This document shows positions 20,574 to 31,044 of a stretch of 32,000 bases of DNA, piece after piece (positions within the stretch are counted from its first letter, which is position 1; every line of letters begins with the position of its first letter). The notes beneath the pieces are model-generated. The model was not told the DNA's origin. It worked only from the letters and a program-made list of their open reading frames with translations, and did no database searches. The translations under genes were made by a program, and so were the position numbers. Origin of the DNA: Wallemia ichthyophaga EXF-994. Its lineage: Eukaryota > Fungi > Basidiomycota. The stretch covers positions 177,443-209,442 of the forward strand of contig NW_008806275.1 in assembly GCF_000400465.1 (NCBI RefSeq), read 5' to 3'.

Positions 20574-21878
20574 CTACTCTTGGTAATCAGGGCGGAGTTT
20601 GCGCACCTCCTTGCCAGCTCTCCAAACTTCCTGGTTGTTGATGATTTCCAACTCAGCTTGCAAGTCTTGTCTGTAAGTGTCACGGCCGTTGAACTCGAGC
20701 GAGCGTCTAGTCTCGGTACCGTTCCTGACAGACTCGTAGAGCGACTCGAAGACGGGTTTGTTGGCTTCGTAGAACTTAGGTGCCCAGTCGAGCGCACCTC
20801 TACGGGCAGTGGTGGAACATGCGTTGTACATGTAGTCCATACCGTACTTGCCAATGAGAGGGAAGAGGGATTGTGTAGCTTCCTCGACTGTCTCGTTGAA
20901 CGCTTCGGAGGGAGAGTGACCATTCTTTCTAAGTACCTCGTATTGCGCGAGGAACATACCCTGGATACCACCCATCAACACACCACGCTCACCGTAAAGA
21001 TCAGAGTACACCTCCTTCTCGAATGTAGTCTCGTAAAGGTATCCACTGCCAACAGCAATACCAAGTGCTTGAGCCTTCTCGAAAGCCTTACCAGTAACAT
21101 CTTGGAAGACGGCAATTGAGGAGTTGATACCTCTGCCCTCCTTGAAGAGAGTTCTAACAGTTCTACCAGAACCCTTTGGAGCGACGAGGATGACGTCTAC
21201 GTCTTTAGGAGGGACAACACCAGTGTCTTCCTTGTAGACGACAGAGAAACCGTGGGAGAAGTAGAGCGTCTTGCCTGGCTTGATGAGAGGGGCGATATCC
21301 TTCCACGTCTGAGATTGAGCGGCGTCTGAGAGCAAGTTCATGATGATAGTGCCCCTGTCGATCGCTTCTTCGATAGGGAAGAGAGACTGGCCAGGGACGA
21401 AACCGTCTTCCATGGCCTCCTTCCACGACTGGCCATCCTTACGCACACCAACAATGACGTTGATGCCTTGGTCTCTGGCGTTGAGGCTGTACGAGTGAGA
21501 GAGGAATATTTTCAAGACACCGGACTCACGCTTGGCCGTGTCCTTGGGAGCCGTAACCGACCATAGCGAGGGTCTCATTGCCGAGGATTTCATGCAGTCT
21601 GTTACCGCCAAAGTCGCTGCCTGGAGAGTTGTTAGAGTGGAGCGCGTAGAATCACGTGACATACGCTCGTAGACTCTCTCGCTGCCACCTTCCTTAGCGA
21701 AGGTGATGTCCTTGTAGCCGCGGGTAGCTGATGGCTGTAGGTGGATGAGCTGTGTGTGCTGTGTGTGCTACTGCCTTACGAATCCACTGCGCTGGGCTAC
21801 AGCTGGAGCAGCTCTGTTGATTGCACCGAGTGCGCGTGTTGAGCGTGTAGCCGCTCTCAAGGCTTGTCTGGCGATCAT
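20574..21878 (-). CDS. ILV5: Ketol-acid reductoisomerase, mitochondrial
   Basis: Arg/Ala-rich presequence; three short 5' introns give VYER...TLAMVGYGSQGHGQALNARD; YFSHGFS, SDLYGERGVLMG, NETVEEATQSL, CSTTARRGALDW. Confidence 0.97.
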
Positions 21879-21955
21879 CGTGTTATTGATGGTGGCTGTG
21901 TGTTAAAGAGAGTGATTCGAGAAGACATATGGGAATTGTGATTTGTTGAAAAATT

Positions 21956-21964
21956 ATGAGTCAT
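21956..21964. promoter_or_regulatory. Perfect Gcn4/Cpc1 (AP-1-type) site ATGAGTCAT, 78 bp upstream of the ILV5 ATG
   Basis: Exact 9-bp consensus next to an amino-acid biosynthetic gene; function inferred. Confidence 0.6.
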
Positions 21965-22151
21965 GTAAATTACAAGTATTATTTAATCAGCCAATCTAAT
22001 CCAAACAATTACATTTAACTCAATCTAATTGGCTCATTTTTCTCCTCTGTCGTGGCTTCTTCTTTCGGAGTTAGCACGCGAAGAGTGGGGGTGGAGTGTT
22101 GGGCGGTGTGAGTAGTATATTTGGCAATCTCAGCAACTCAATTTACTATTC

Positions 22152-22338
22152 CGATAGGTATTTCATATGTATACCATGTATATCCTGTGTCCTATTTTGC
22201 ACAACCAGCTCAGTATGAACAGTATGACTTATCAAAGCATTGATTTTATTTGTACACATACACTTACACACTTGATCCATTATCGACATATTCGTCGGAG
22301 TTTATGTGTTATCAGCGGTGTTAATTGATAATTGATAA
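22152..22338. promoter_or_regulatory. Cluster of six HGATAR motifs upstream of uricase
   Basis: CGATAG 22152, TTATCA 22229, TTATCG 22280, TTATCA 22309, TGATAA 22326, TGATAA 22333; function inferred. Confidence 0.5.
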
Positions 22339-22401
22339 CACGCGGTGATATAAATTATAAACCGAAATCCGTTAAACATCACAATCCCAATCACAATCAC
22401 A

Positions 22402-23357
22402 ATGACATCCAAACTAACCACCGCAAAATACGGCAAAGATGGTGTCAAGTTGTTGAGAATACTACGCAACGGCGACTGGCACGATATTGCAGAATACACC
22501 GTGACGGTCTTGCTACAAGGTGACATTCACACTTCCTACACGTCATCAGACAACTCAGGTGAGTTTGGTGTCTATGTAAACGCACCACCACCTCAAACCA
22601 ACCCCCAGTGATTGTATCAACCGACTCAATCAAGAACACCATCAACATCCTAGCTCAAAACTCCCAGCATGTCCTTCAACCCGAATGTTTTGCTCTGGAG
22701 ATAGCCCTCCATTTCCTAAACACATACGCCCATATCAACAAAGCCGAGGTGTGCGTTGTCAAGCACCGCTGGACGCGTATCTGTCCGAGTAGCAGTGTAC
22801 AGCCACATGGACACAGCTTCAGACGAGATGGTGATGACAAGCGCACAGCGAGTGCACTAGTAGATGCAACGGTTTCTTCAGACACCCCTTCTATTGAATT
22901 GAAAGCGGGGTTGAAAGATGTCCTTCTACTAAAATCGACCGGTTCCTCTTTCGCGAATTTTATCATAGATTCCTTCACCACATTGAAGGAGACGGACGAC
23001 AGGGTGTTTAGCACTGTTGTCGACTGCAGCTACACCCTCAACGCACCACAAAATGTTTCAGAGTGCTTCGCCCTTGCTTCTGCATTCGATGAGATTGCTC
23101 AGGGTGTGCGCGATATCACCTTGGATACTTTCGCACTCGAGTTTTCTGAGAGTGTCCAAGCAACACTCTTTAGTATGGCGCAGAAGATAGTTGAATATCA
23201 CCAATTAGTTGATAATGTCAACTACAACCTCCCTAACAAGCACTACATTCCCATTGACTTGTCTTTCTATCAAATGAGTGTCGGTATGACCAACGATGTA
23301 CTTCTGCCTACTGAACTACCATCGGGGTTGATTTGCGGGAGTGTTTCAAGATTGTAG
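22402..23357 (+). CDS. UOX: Urate oxidase (uricase) with C-terminal PTS1 -SRL
   Basis: YGKDGVKL; intron 22559-22608; STDSIKNT, KSTGSSF, DRVFST, SVQATL, LPNKHY, PSGLI. Confidence 0.95.
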
Positions 23358-23394
23358 CTTTGATTAATTTGATTGCTGGTAATCTTTTGATTTT

Positions 23395-24232
23395 CTATAA
23401 TACAGAGTTTGTGTATACTTCAACAGCATCTGCATCCTGTTCAAGGGTCTCTATCAGATGGCTGAGTTTTTCTCTTAATTGCTCATCAATCTCAACCCGC
23501 TCACCCGAAGCGGGAAGGTAAGCGAGATCGTAAGAGGAGAGGGAGTGACCCTTTTCTTGTAGAAAATGAGCGACGGTAGTGAGTTGAGTAGGATGTGTGA
23601 TGATCTGTGTGTTGTTTGAGTGAATAAGAAATAAATAAATGAAGAAAAAGACTAACCTCAACTAAATTCGAGGATATTTGTAAGATATCCTCACCACCAG
23701 CTTCCAAAGAGTCTTCAAAGAGCTTATCAAAGGGGTTTAAGTTGTCTAAAACCACCAAAACAACGCCTTTACGCTTAAAAAGATAGCCAGAAGTAGCCAA
23801 ACTACCGCCGACTTTGTTGAGAATAGATTTGACCGAGTGAATGCAGCGTGTAGGGTTTGAAGTGCGGCATTCGATCACCAGACCTATCTCACCGAGTAGA
23901 GCTTCGTATGTGACGCTGTGACCTCTATCGACAGCACCGGAATCACCCCTCTTAATAGCAGCTTCAATGTTATCCTTGGGGACTGACAAGCTCTTTGCTT
24001 TGAGGAGAGTGTTGGATAGCTTTGCGTTGAGTGCTGGATCTGTAGCACCACCACCTGCTTTAACAGCGGCTGAGATATCCAAAGCCATCTTTGCGAATAT
24101 CTTTGAACGAACTTTATCAGCAGCCCCTTTGTGGTGTCTAATCTTCGACCACTTGTTGTGGCCGCTGTGAGGAGAAGGGGAAGAAGCGAATGTTCTGATT
24201 ATCTGATGTGAGGATATCAATGATCTCTTCAT
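23395..24232 (-). CDS. TACO1: TACO1/YebC-family mitochondrial translational activator
   Basis: Presequence, then GHNKWSKIRHHKG, PKDNIEAAIKRG, YEALLG, YLFKRKG; one intron; ends LEQDADAVEVYTNSVL*. Confidence 0.92.
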
Positions 24233-24352
24233 CTGATTAGAAGATATAAATCTAATTATTTCATTTTTAATCATCGCTGTTGCAATTTAAGGAGTACAGT
24301 CACCATCATCAGCACGACCAGGACCACCAGGATCACGAAAATTACAAAACAC

Positions 24353-25755
24353 ATGATGCCACGCGTTCCTCACAAATCCTATCCTTTAGACTTTCCAGTT
24401 TACTCGCTCACCTTTATATCCCCGCACTTACTGATTCTCGGCGGTGGTGGTGGATCTAGCTCGAATAGCGGTGTTAAGAATAAGCTTGGGATTTATTCGA
24501 TAACCCAGAATGAATTGAATTTGAAATTGGCTTATGAATTGGATAACACCGACGACTGTCCTATGTCACTCAATGTTCCTTTGACAGTGCGTCCCGTAAT
24601 TGGCTGGTTGCTTGTATAGCCTGACACGCCCACAGAACAAGCACTATTTACTTGCAGGCATAAACTCAAACTCTGAGGTCAACGAAAACTGCAGACTCTT
24701 CTCCATCGATCAGCAATCTGATCAGATTAATCAAATACACGCTAAACAGACTATCTTTACTAATGACGTCACTTGTTATCAGCGTGTGGCTCATTTCTCT
24801 AATGCTTCTATTCCCGTTCTCATCGTCGATGGCAAGTCTACCGAGAAATCAGGTTCACAGCTGCACGCCTTCAGTTATCCTGATATGAACCCAGTTTTAC
24901 GCGACCCTCTTCAAATTAATGGTGATATTCTCAACGTCACTTTTAACTCTGACTCCTCTCTCCTCGCCGTGGCAACTCCGACCAATGTCTTAATTTTCAC
25001 TTTCTCCGTCGACAACAAAGAGGGAAAAATTCACTGCAACTTGAATCTCAGTCACACCATCAACCACCCTGCCCTACCCAAGCCCAGCTCTCCTTCTCCC
25101 TCCTTCAGACATGCAAATTTTGGCAGAGGTGCACACACAAACAGGCTCTATACTATAACTAATAGCCCCCCTCCCCACAAGAAAAAAGCTGCTAGGCCAT
25201 CTTTTCTCACTGCGTGGGATGTATCTACCTGGAGTGTAGTTAGGAGTGTGACTTTGGCTGATAAACCCATCACAGCTTGTGATTTATCGTGGGTGATGAG
25301 GTATTTAGCTTCTAATTATCACTAACCAACATAATCAAGTGAGGATGGTCAACTCATCGCTTTCGCCAGTGCTGATTTGAGTCTGGGTATTGTCTCAGCA
25401 AAGACTTTAGCTGTGAGTGGATCAAACTTTCTAACAATAAAAAGGGCAATTAATAATAATAATAACAGCCCCTCGTGCGCATCCTCTCTGCTCACTCTTT
25501 CCCCGTCACTTGTCTCTCATTCGACCCCACCGCCACCGTGCTGGCATCTGGAAGTCCGGACAACAGTGTGCGATTGATACAAGTGCCGCAGGATTTAGCA
25601 GCCGGTGGTGAGTAATGAGTGTCTCACTCGTGCATACTAACAATCATACTAACCACAACCCTACAGACTCAGCGAGGGCTTTCGTACACGCACTCGTTAT
25701 CGCTATCCTCATCGCTCTTCTCGCCGTCCTGTTGCAGTTATACCAGACAAAGTGA
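24353..25755 (+). CDS. SEC12: Sec12/PREB-like Sar1 GEF (WD40 plus C-terminal TM)
   Basis: FPVYSL..., K-loop LGGGGGSSSNSGVKNKL, FRHANFGR; four introns lead to FASADLSLG, HSFPVTCLSF and TM ALVIAILIALLAVLL. Confidence 0.88.
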
Positions 25756-25808
25756 TATATCAATGTGCATCCATCTACATTTGAGTAATGAGTGTTTGAT
25801 GAACACCC

Positions 25809-26675
25809 TCACTTCCTCGCAAAAGTAACCTTGATCGGTTTATCTGCCTCCACGTGGTACTCGTTGAGGGCATCCTTCGCAACAGCCGAGCTAGCTTCAT
25901 CGAGATACTCTACGAATGCGATATCAGGTCTAGCGGGGATAACTCTCACTTCAGCCAAGTTAGGATACATACCGAACACCTCTTCAAGTTTCTCCTTGGG
26001 TGTGCCAGGTGGGAGGTTCTGAATGAAAAGGATAGTGTTAGGAGGGAGGTACTCGTCGGGCATTTGTTGGTGTTTCTGTGCGTTTGTGTGATGATGGGAT
26101 TGAGAGGATTTACTTGGATCACCCTCGCCTGCCTCACCAGTATTTGTCTGTGCCTTTGCGCGGTTAAGCTGCATAAGACGAATGTAATTCTCCTTGCGTT
26201 TGAGCGGTTTCGCCGCTTTGCGATTAGACAAATGCGCTTCCAACTCGGCAGCTTTTTTCTGGCGACGGAGGACGGCGTCTGCGGTGGAACGGGCGAATGA
26301 CACCTTCATCGGCTGACCGTAGAGAGGGAGGTTCTGGGTGTCGTTAACAGCCCGTTTGGCTACGTGTGCACTGTTAAAGGCTACAAAAGCCTGCCCGCGC
26401 ATTCTGATGTTGCGGTGAGCAATCACATCCACCACCTCCCCGATGTTGCTGTAGAGGTTTCGCAGGGATTCTTTCAACGTCGCTAGTCTGATAGTCTCGT
26501 TGAGATTGCGTATGTAGATTGTTTCGTGGGGATTTTCAGTGTTTTCTGCGGGCGCTGATGGTGGTGTTGCTGCTGCTGTTGTTGCTGCTCCTGGTACTGC
26601 TGATGCTGATGTTTCTGGCTGCTCCTCTTCCTGCTTCATTTCAGGCTGAAATTCCTCCTTAAATTCTAAATCCAT
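25809..26675 (-). CDS. U1A/U2B''-family snRNP protein with two RRMs
   Basis: ETIYIRNLNE, RMRGQAFVAF, YGQPMKVSFAR; second RRM LPPNTILFIQNLP...IAFVEY...IKVTFARK. Confidence 0.92.
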   Translation of the reverse strand: MDLEFKEEFQPEMKQEEEQPETSASAVPGAATTAAATPPSAPAENTENPHETIYIRNLNETIRLATLKESLRNLYSNIGEVVDVIAHRNIRMRGQAFVAFNSAHVAKRAVNDTQNLPLYGQPMKVSFARSTADAVLRRQKKAAELEAHLSNRKAAKPLKRKENYIRLMQLNRAKAQTNTGEAGEGDPSKSSQSHHHTNAQKHQQMPDEYLPPNTILFIQNLPPGTPKEKLEEVFGMYPNLAEVRVIPARPDIAFVEYLDEASSAVAKDALNEYHVEADKPIKVTFARK

Positions 26676-26928
26676 CGAGTTGCAAGGTGATGATGGTGGG
26701 TGACGAAGCGAGAAGCCACAGCTACAGCCAAACCCACTCAGACACGGGTTTGAACAAGCCGCCAGCCATTTTCATTTACATTTCCATGTCATTGCGCTAT
26801 CAAATGCCTCGATATCCGCCGATTGCATAGTTACAGCGCGCAGTTTCCAAATAAGGGGTGCTGCGTGAGTGTCAGTCTGAACAACGACAACGACGACAAC
26901 GAAGACAACAACAACGACATCAAGAAGA

Positions 26929-27972
26929 ATGTATCTTTCCATTAGTTTACTCCCAATCCTCCTCCTCCTCGTAAACACCGTTGCAGCAGCAACCGAAACC
27001 ACCTGCAACGGCTACGACGAGTTATGCAACCGCCGCTATTCCAACATCACCTACGTCGGTGCCCACGACTCCCCCTTCATCGGCAGCGCGCGTAACTCGA
27101 GCATGACCAACCAGGACTGGGCGGTGGCTGAGCAGCTCGATCACGGTGCACGTATGTTACAGGGTCAGATACACGCGCAGACAGACTCCTCCCTCCACCT
27201 CTGCCACACCAACTGCTTCCTCCACGACGGTGGTGCGCTGCTCGCCTACCTCGACAGCGTCAAGCGGTGGCTCGACGAGCATCCGCGGCAAGTTGTCACC
27301 CTCCTCTTCACTAACAGCGACGGTGTGGATGTGGAGCGTGTCGCTGAGCCGTTCCGCCAGAGTGGCTTGCTCGATATGGCGTATGTGCCGAGCGATTCGA
27401 ATCGCAACTCGTGGCCCACGCTGTCCACTCTCATCGAAAACAATACACGCGTCGTTATCTTTATGGACTACCACGCTAACACCTCCAAAGTCCCCGCCAT
27501 ACTGGATGAATTCGACTATATTTGGGAAGACGCTTTCAATGCCGTTGACGCGTCGTGGCCTTGCCAAGTAGATCGCGGAGACGGCGAGAAGGGCATGTAT
27601 CTTCATAACCACTACCTCGACAAACAGAAGAGCCTGCTCGGCACACAGTACTTCACCCCAGATATTGACCAGCTCCCTACTACAAACGCAGCTACTGGGG
27701 AAGGATCATTGGGCGATGGCATACAGGGGTGCACTGCGAAACATGGCCACCCACCTACTTTTGTACTCGTCGATTACGAGTCTCATGGTAATGGCAGCGT
27801 TTATCACGCTGCTGCCGTTGCTAATGGATTGAACTATCACAATCCAGGCACTATCCACCCTCCTAAGGCAGCTAATGAGGAAACTAACAGCAGCAGCAGC
27901 ACCAGCACCATTAGCATAAGCACAGCGGGAAGCTTGATTGGGTTGCTTGTGGTGCTCATCATAACAATATAA
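26929..27972 (+). CDS. Secreted or GPI-anchored PI-PLC X-domain-like phosphodiesterase
   Basis: Signal peptide; CNGYDELCNRRYSNITYVGAHDS, GARMLQGQIH, LHLCHT, WLDEHPRQVVTLL; Ser/Thr-rich spacer then hydrophobic C-terminus. Confidence 0.88.
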   Translation: MYLSISLLPILLLLVNTVAAATETTCNGYDELCNRRYSNITYVGAHDSPFIGSARNSSMTNQDWAVAEQLDHGARMLQGQIHAQTDSSLHLCHTNCFLHDGGALLAYLDSVKRWLDEHPRQVVTLLFTNSDGVDVERVAEPFRQSGLLDMAYVPSDSNRNSWPTLSTLIENNTRVVIFMDYHANTSKVPAILDEFDYIWEDAFNAVDASWPCQVDRGDGEKGMYLHNHYLDKQKSLLGTQYFTPDIDQLPTTNAATGEGSLGDGIQGCTAKHGHPPTFVLVDYESHGNGSVYHAAAVANGLNYHNPGTIHPPKAANEETNSSSSTSTISISTAGSLIGLLVVLIITI

Positions 27973-28102
27973 CAATATAACCCTATAACACTGATACACG
28001 TGAAAATTATTCTTGTTGATGAAATCAGCACAACCACAACGATATACATATACACATACACAGCTGCTATAATAGAAACAACTTTAAAAGTCGAGTGGGA
28101 AT

Positions 28103-29048
28103 CTATGCAATAACACAGCCTTTATTCTTCTTGGAATGTCTCGCTGGAGGGATGAGGACGATGCGGATAGCTTCATCGAAGACGGCCTTCAACCCGAGCT
28201 GCGACTTGGCGGAGCATTCGAGATAGCGTACTGCTCCAATCTCCTTAGCCAGCTTGGAGCCTTCTGACCAGCTGATTGGGTTCATACCTCTATCTGCCAG
28301 TCTCTGAATCGTTAGTCTGTCGTTGCGGAGATCTACTTTTGTGCTGTCGGTGTTTGTGTATGAGTATGGCTGTATTTGTATTGCTCATGATGCGCCCACT
28401 CACGCTACTAATATGATAGGGACATTCGGAGCGTGGTGTTTGAGTTCAGGTATCCACTGAGAGAAGTGTGAGTTGGCGTGTATGCTATATGCGTTTACAC
28501 CACACCCACTTTGTACTTGACATTCTCCAGCGAAGTGGGACTAGCAATTGAAAAAGCAATGAGGAAGACGTCCGTCTGGAGAGGAGGAGTGATGTGAGTG
28601 AGATACGTAACACGCAAACACACCAGCACCAACCTGTGGATAAGAAAGCGGTCTGAGCCTATCGTAGTCCTCTTGACCAGCCGTATCCCACAAACCAAGC
28701 GTGATTGGATCGCCATCAACGATGACATTAGCGCTGTAGTTGTCGAATACTGTGGGTACATATTCGCCCTGTTTTGGTTATTTCGAGGTGCAAGTACAAT
28801 CCATCCAACCCACAGGAAATGCACTGCGAATTATGAGTTGATTGTAAATATGTAAATCCAAACAAACTTTGTGGTATATGAGATCAATAGACACGTTTTA
28901 CCTGGGGTTGCTTCAACACTCCTCTATAGAACCTCGTGCGGCAGCAACTCACCGACAGCACCATCCCCAACGACAACGCATCTGAGGATATTACTATGTT
29001 TCCTTCAACAATCACACAAACTCACTTCATAGATCGACCACCAGGCAT
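28103..29048 (-). CDS. RAC1: Rac-family small GTPase (includes a 10-nt microexon at 28814-28823)
   Basis: Spliced: [47 protein letters not shown]...[22 protein letters not shown]...YLECSA...[18 protein letters not shown] and GLWDT (Trp56) indicate Rac rather than Cdc42. Confidence 0.95.
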
Positions 29049-29124
29049 TTTTCAATGCGCTCGTCGTCGTCGTAGTAGTGATGTAACACAAATATTTTGA
29101 ATTACTTTATTTACATTATCCCCG

Positions 29125-30251
29125 TTATTTCAAATGTTTGGCATGGAAGCGCACATGCTCCGCTGCGAATGTCGATATGAAGAAGTAGCTATGATCGTAT
29201 CCTTCTTCGAGCGTATACCTCACACCGGCCCCCAATCCGCTCTCTTGAGCGGCAGAAACGAAATTCTCAGGCAGCAGCTGGCCCTGGGAGTAGAAGTTGT
29301 CTGCGGATCCCTGAGTTGCGTGTTAACCAACATTTGCACGTTGTACAATACACTACACACCTGTGTCAACAATATCTTCACATCTCGACCCTTCATCTGT
29401 CCGATCAGATGGGTAGAGTCATGCTGCTTGCCCGCATCGACGTCTCCGAAATACCCCTTAAAGGCTTTCTCACCCCATGGACACGCCGTAGGATTGAGGA
29501 TAGCTGAGAAGCCCGATGCCGATTTGTATGCACCCCATTCGCGCAGATACGCAGTCACAGCACCGTGGCCACCCATGGAATGACCACTGATGGACGCGTT
29601 GGTCGTGTCTATAGGCAGACCAATTTCTTTTAACTTGACCGGCAATTCCTTGGTTATGTACGTGTACATGTTGTAGTGCTCGCTGTAGCCCGCCGTCGTG
29701 GCGTCGACGTAGAAACCTGCACCGGTTCCAAAGTCGTAAGCATCGTTTTCGCCTGGTACACCTGCGCCGCGAGGACTGTGGAGGGCGGTGTGAGTGATGA
29801 GTGTAGGGAGTGACAGGAGTGCCTTGAGTGCCTTGAGTGTCTCCAAAAGCAAGACAAAAGACACAAGACACCAGACACCGACACCGGAAAACACGCACCT
29901 CGTATCGGGGAACACCAACGCTATACCCTGCTTAGAAGCCTCGTCGAAGAAACCACCTTTCTGGGCTCTGTTGCCTATTAGCGCCACCCTCTGCACCCAC
30001 TCAAACTCACGCATTGTCCTCAGTGCACGTCAAACCGGAAAGGAAGTAAAGGACGGGTGCTTTGGCGTTAGCGTGGGTGTTGGGTGGCGTGTAGACGTTG
30101 ATTTGCGTCTCTAAACCACCCAGGCTGTGGCTCTGGTAGTGCGTCAGCTGCTGCCGGCCCCACTCCATCCACTGCCACCCACCTTGAACTTGTACTTGTC
30201 GATAAACCCGCCTGATACTTTGTTGGTCGATAATTTCTCAAATCCGCTCAT
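29125..30251 (-). CDS. ESD: S-formylglutathione hydrolase (esterase D/FrmB family)
   Basis: PVLYFLSGLTCTEDN, PDTSPRG, YDFGTGAGFYVDAT, SISGHSMGGHGA, PWGEKAF, GYDHSYFFISTF. Confidence 0.95.
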
Positions 30252-30491
30252 GGTCGTTTGGGTGTAAAACTCACTATCCTTTATGACGTCCGATTATCGG
30301 GTGAATAATCGACGTTATCGGCGCTATAGTGGGATTATAGAATGTGCATTTGAGCATGTGAATATGATGTAATATTCACACACAACCCACACGCTTCAAA
30401 TTAGATTCGTAAAGGCATTAGCATTCAAAGAGTTACATGATTTATAAGTTTCGACCGCAGCTATCCCAGCCAAAGCCTGCAGTAATTGCAT

Positions 30492-30964
30492 CTAGAAGAG
30501 AGTTGATGGGTCAACCCAGCTGTCGACGTGCCATGACCAAATATCGTAGATCTCGCCCTTGTATAATTGATCAAAGTCTTGGAAGAGCGCAAGAGACATG
30601 TCGTAGTGGTTCCAAGCGCATGATGGGCACTTATCAACTACTTTTCCGTAACTGGTAACTCCGTTGACGTTGAAACCCTAAACGATGTCAGATGCTATAG
30701 CGCAACATACTTCCCACTTACCACCCATTGCCCGCATGGGATTGGATTATCGTAAGATACTGCTACGAATCTATCGTTGTTGGAGAGCCAGTCTCCACAG
30801 GCACCTCTGTTGCCTGTCTCAGCGTTGTACCAGGTGGCAATGTTGTTATAAGTATCGTCAGATCTCTTTGAGACTGGTGCAGTTTCATTGACTGGTTGTT
30901 CGTTGGTTGGTGCAGCGGCGACCAAGGCAGCGAGAGAGGCGAGAGCAATTGCTTTGAAGTTCAT
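30492..30964 (-). CDS. Secreted expansin-like/RlpA double-psi beta-barrel protein (loosenin-like)
   Basis: Signal peptide, pro-region ending KR, ATWYNAETGNRGACG; after one intron, VVDKCPSCAWNHYDMSLALF...PSTLF*. Confidence 0.88.
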
Positions 30965-31036
30965 TTTGCGATCCTGCGCGTTTTTATAGGAGTTGAAAAG
31001 GTTGTAGAGAAGGCAGAATTCAGCTTCATGCAAGTC

Positions 31037-31044
31037 TTATATAA
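31037..31044 (-). promoter_or_regulatory. Candidate TATA box (TTATATAA) about 75 bp upstream of the expansin-like ATG
   Basis: Sequence and position only. Confidence 0.45.

Noticed and set aside
20580-21119. 179-aa ORF antisense to ILV5 (also 27157-27612 antisense to the PLC gene and similar cases)
   Set aside because: Expected antisense open frames from biased codon usage.
11174-30251. Metabolic gene cluster idea (hydroxyacid oxidase, ILV5, uricase, S-formylglutathione hydrolase)
   Set aside because: The genes are kilobases apart, interleaved with unrelated housekeeping genes, and share no pathway or cluster regulator.
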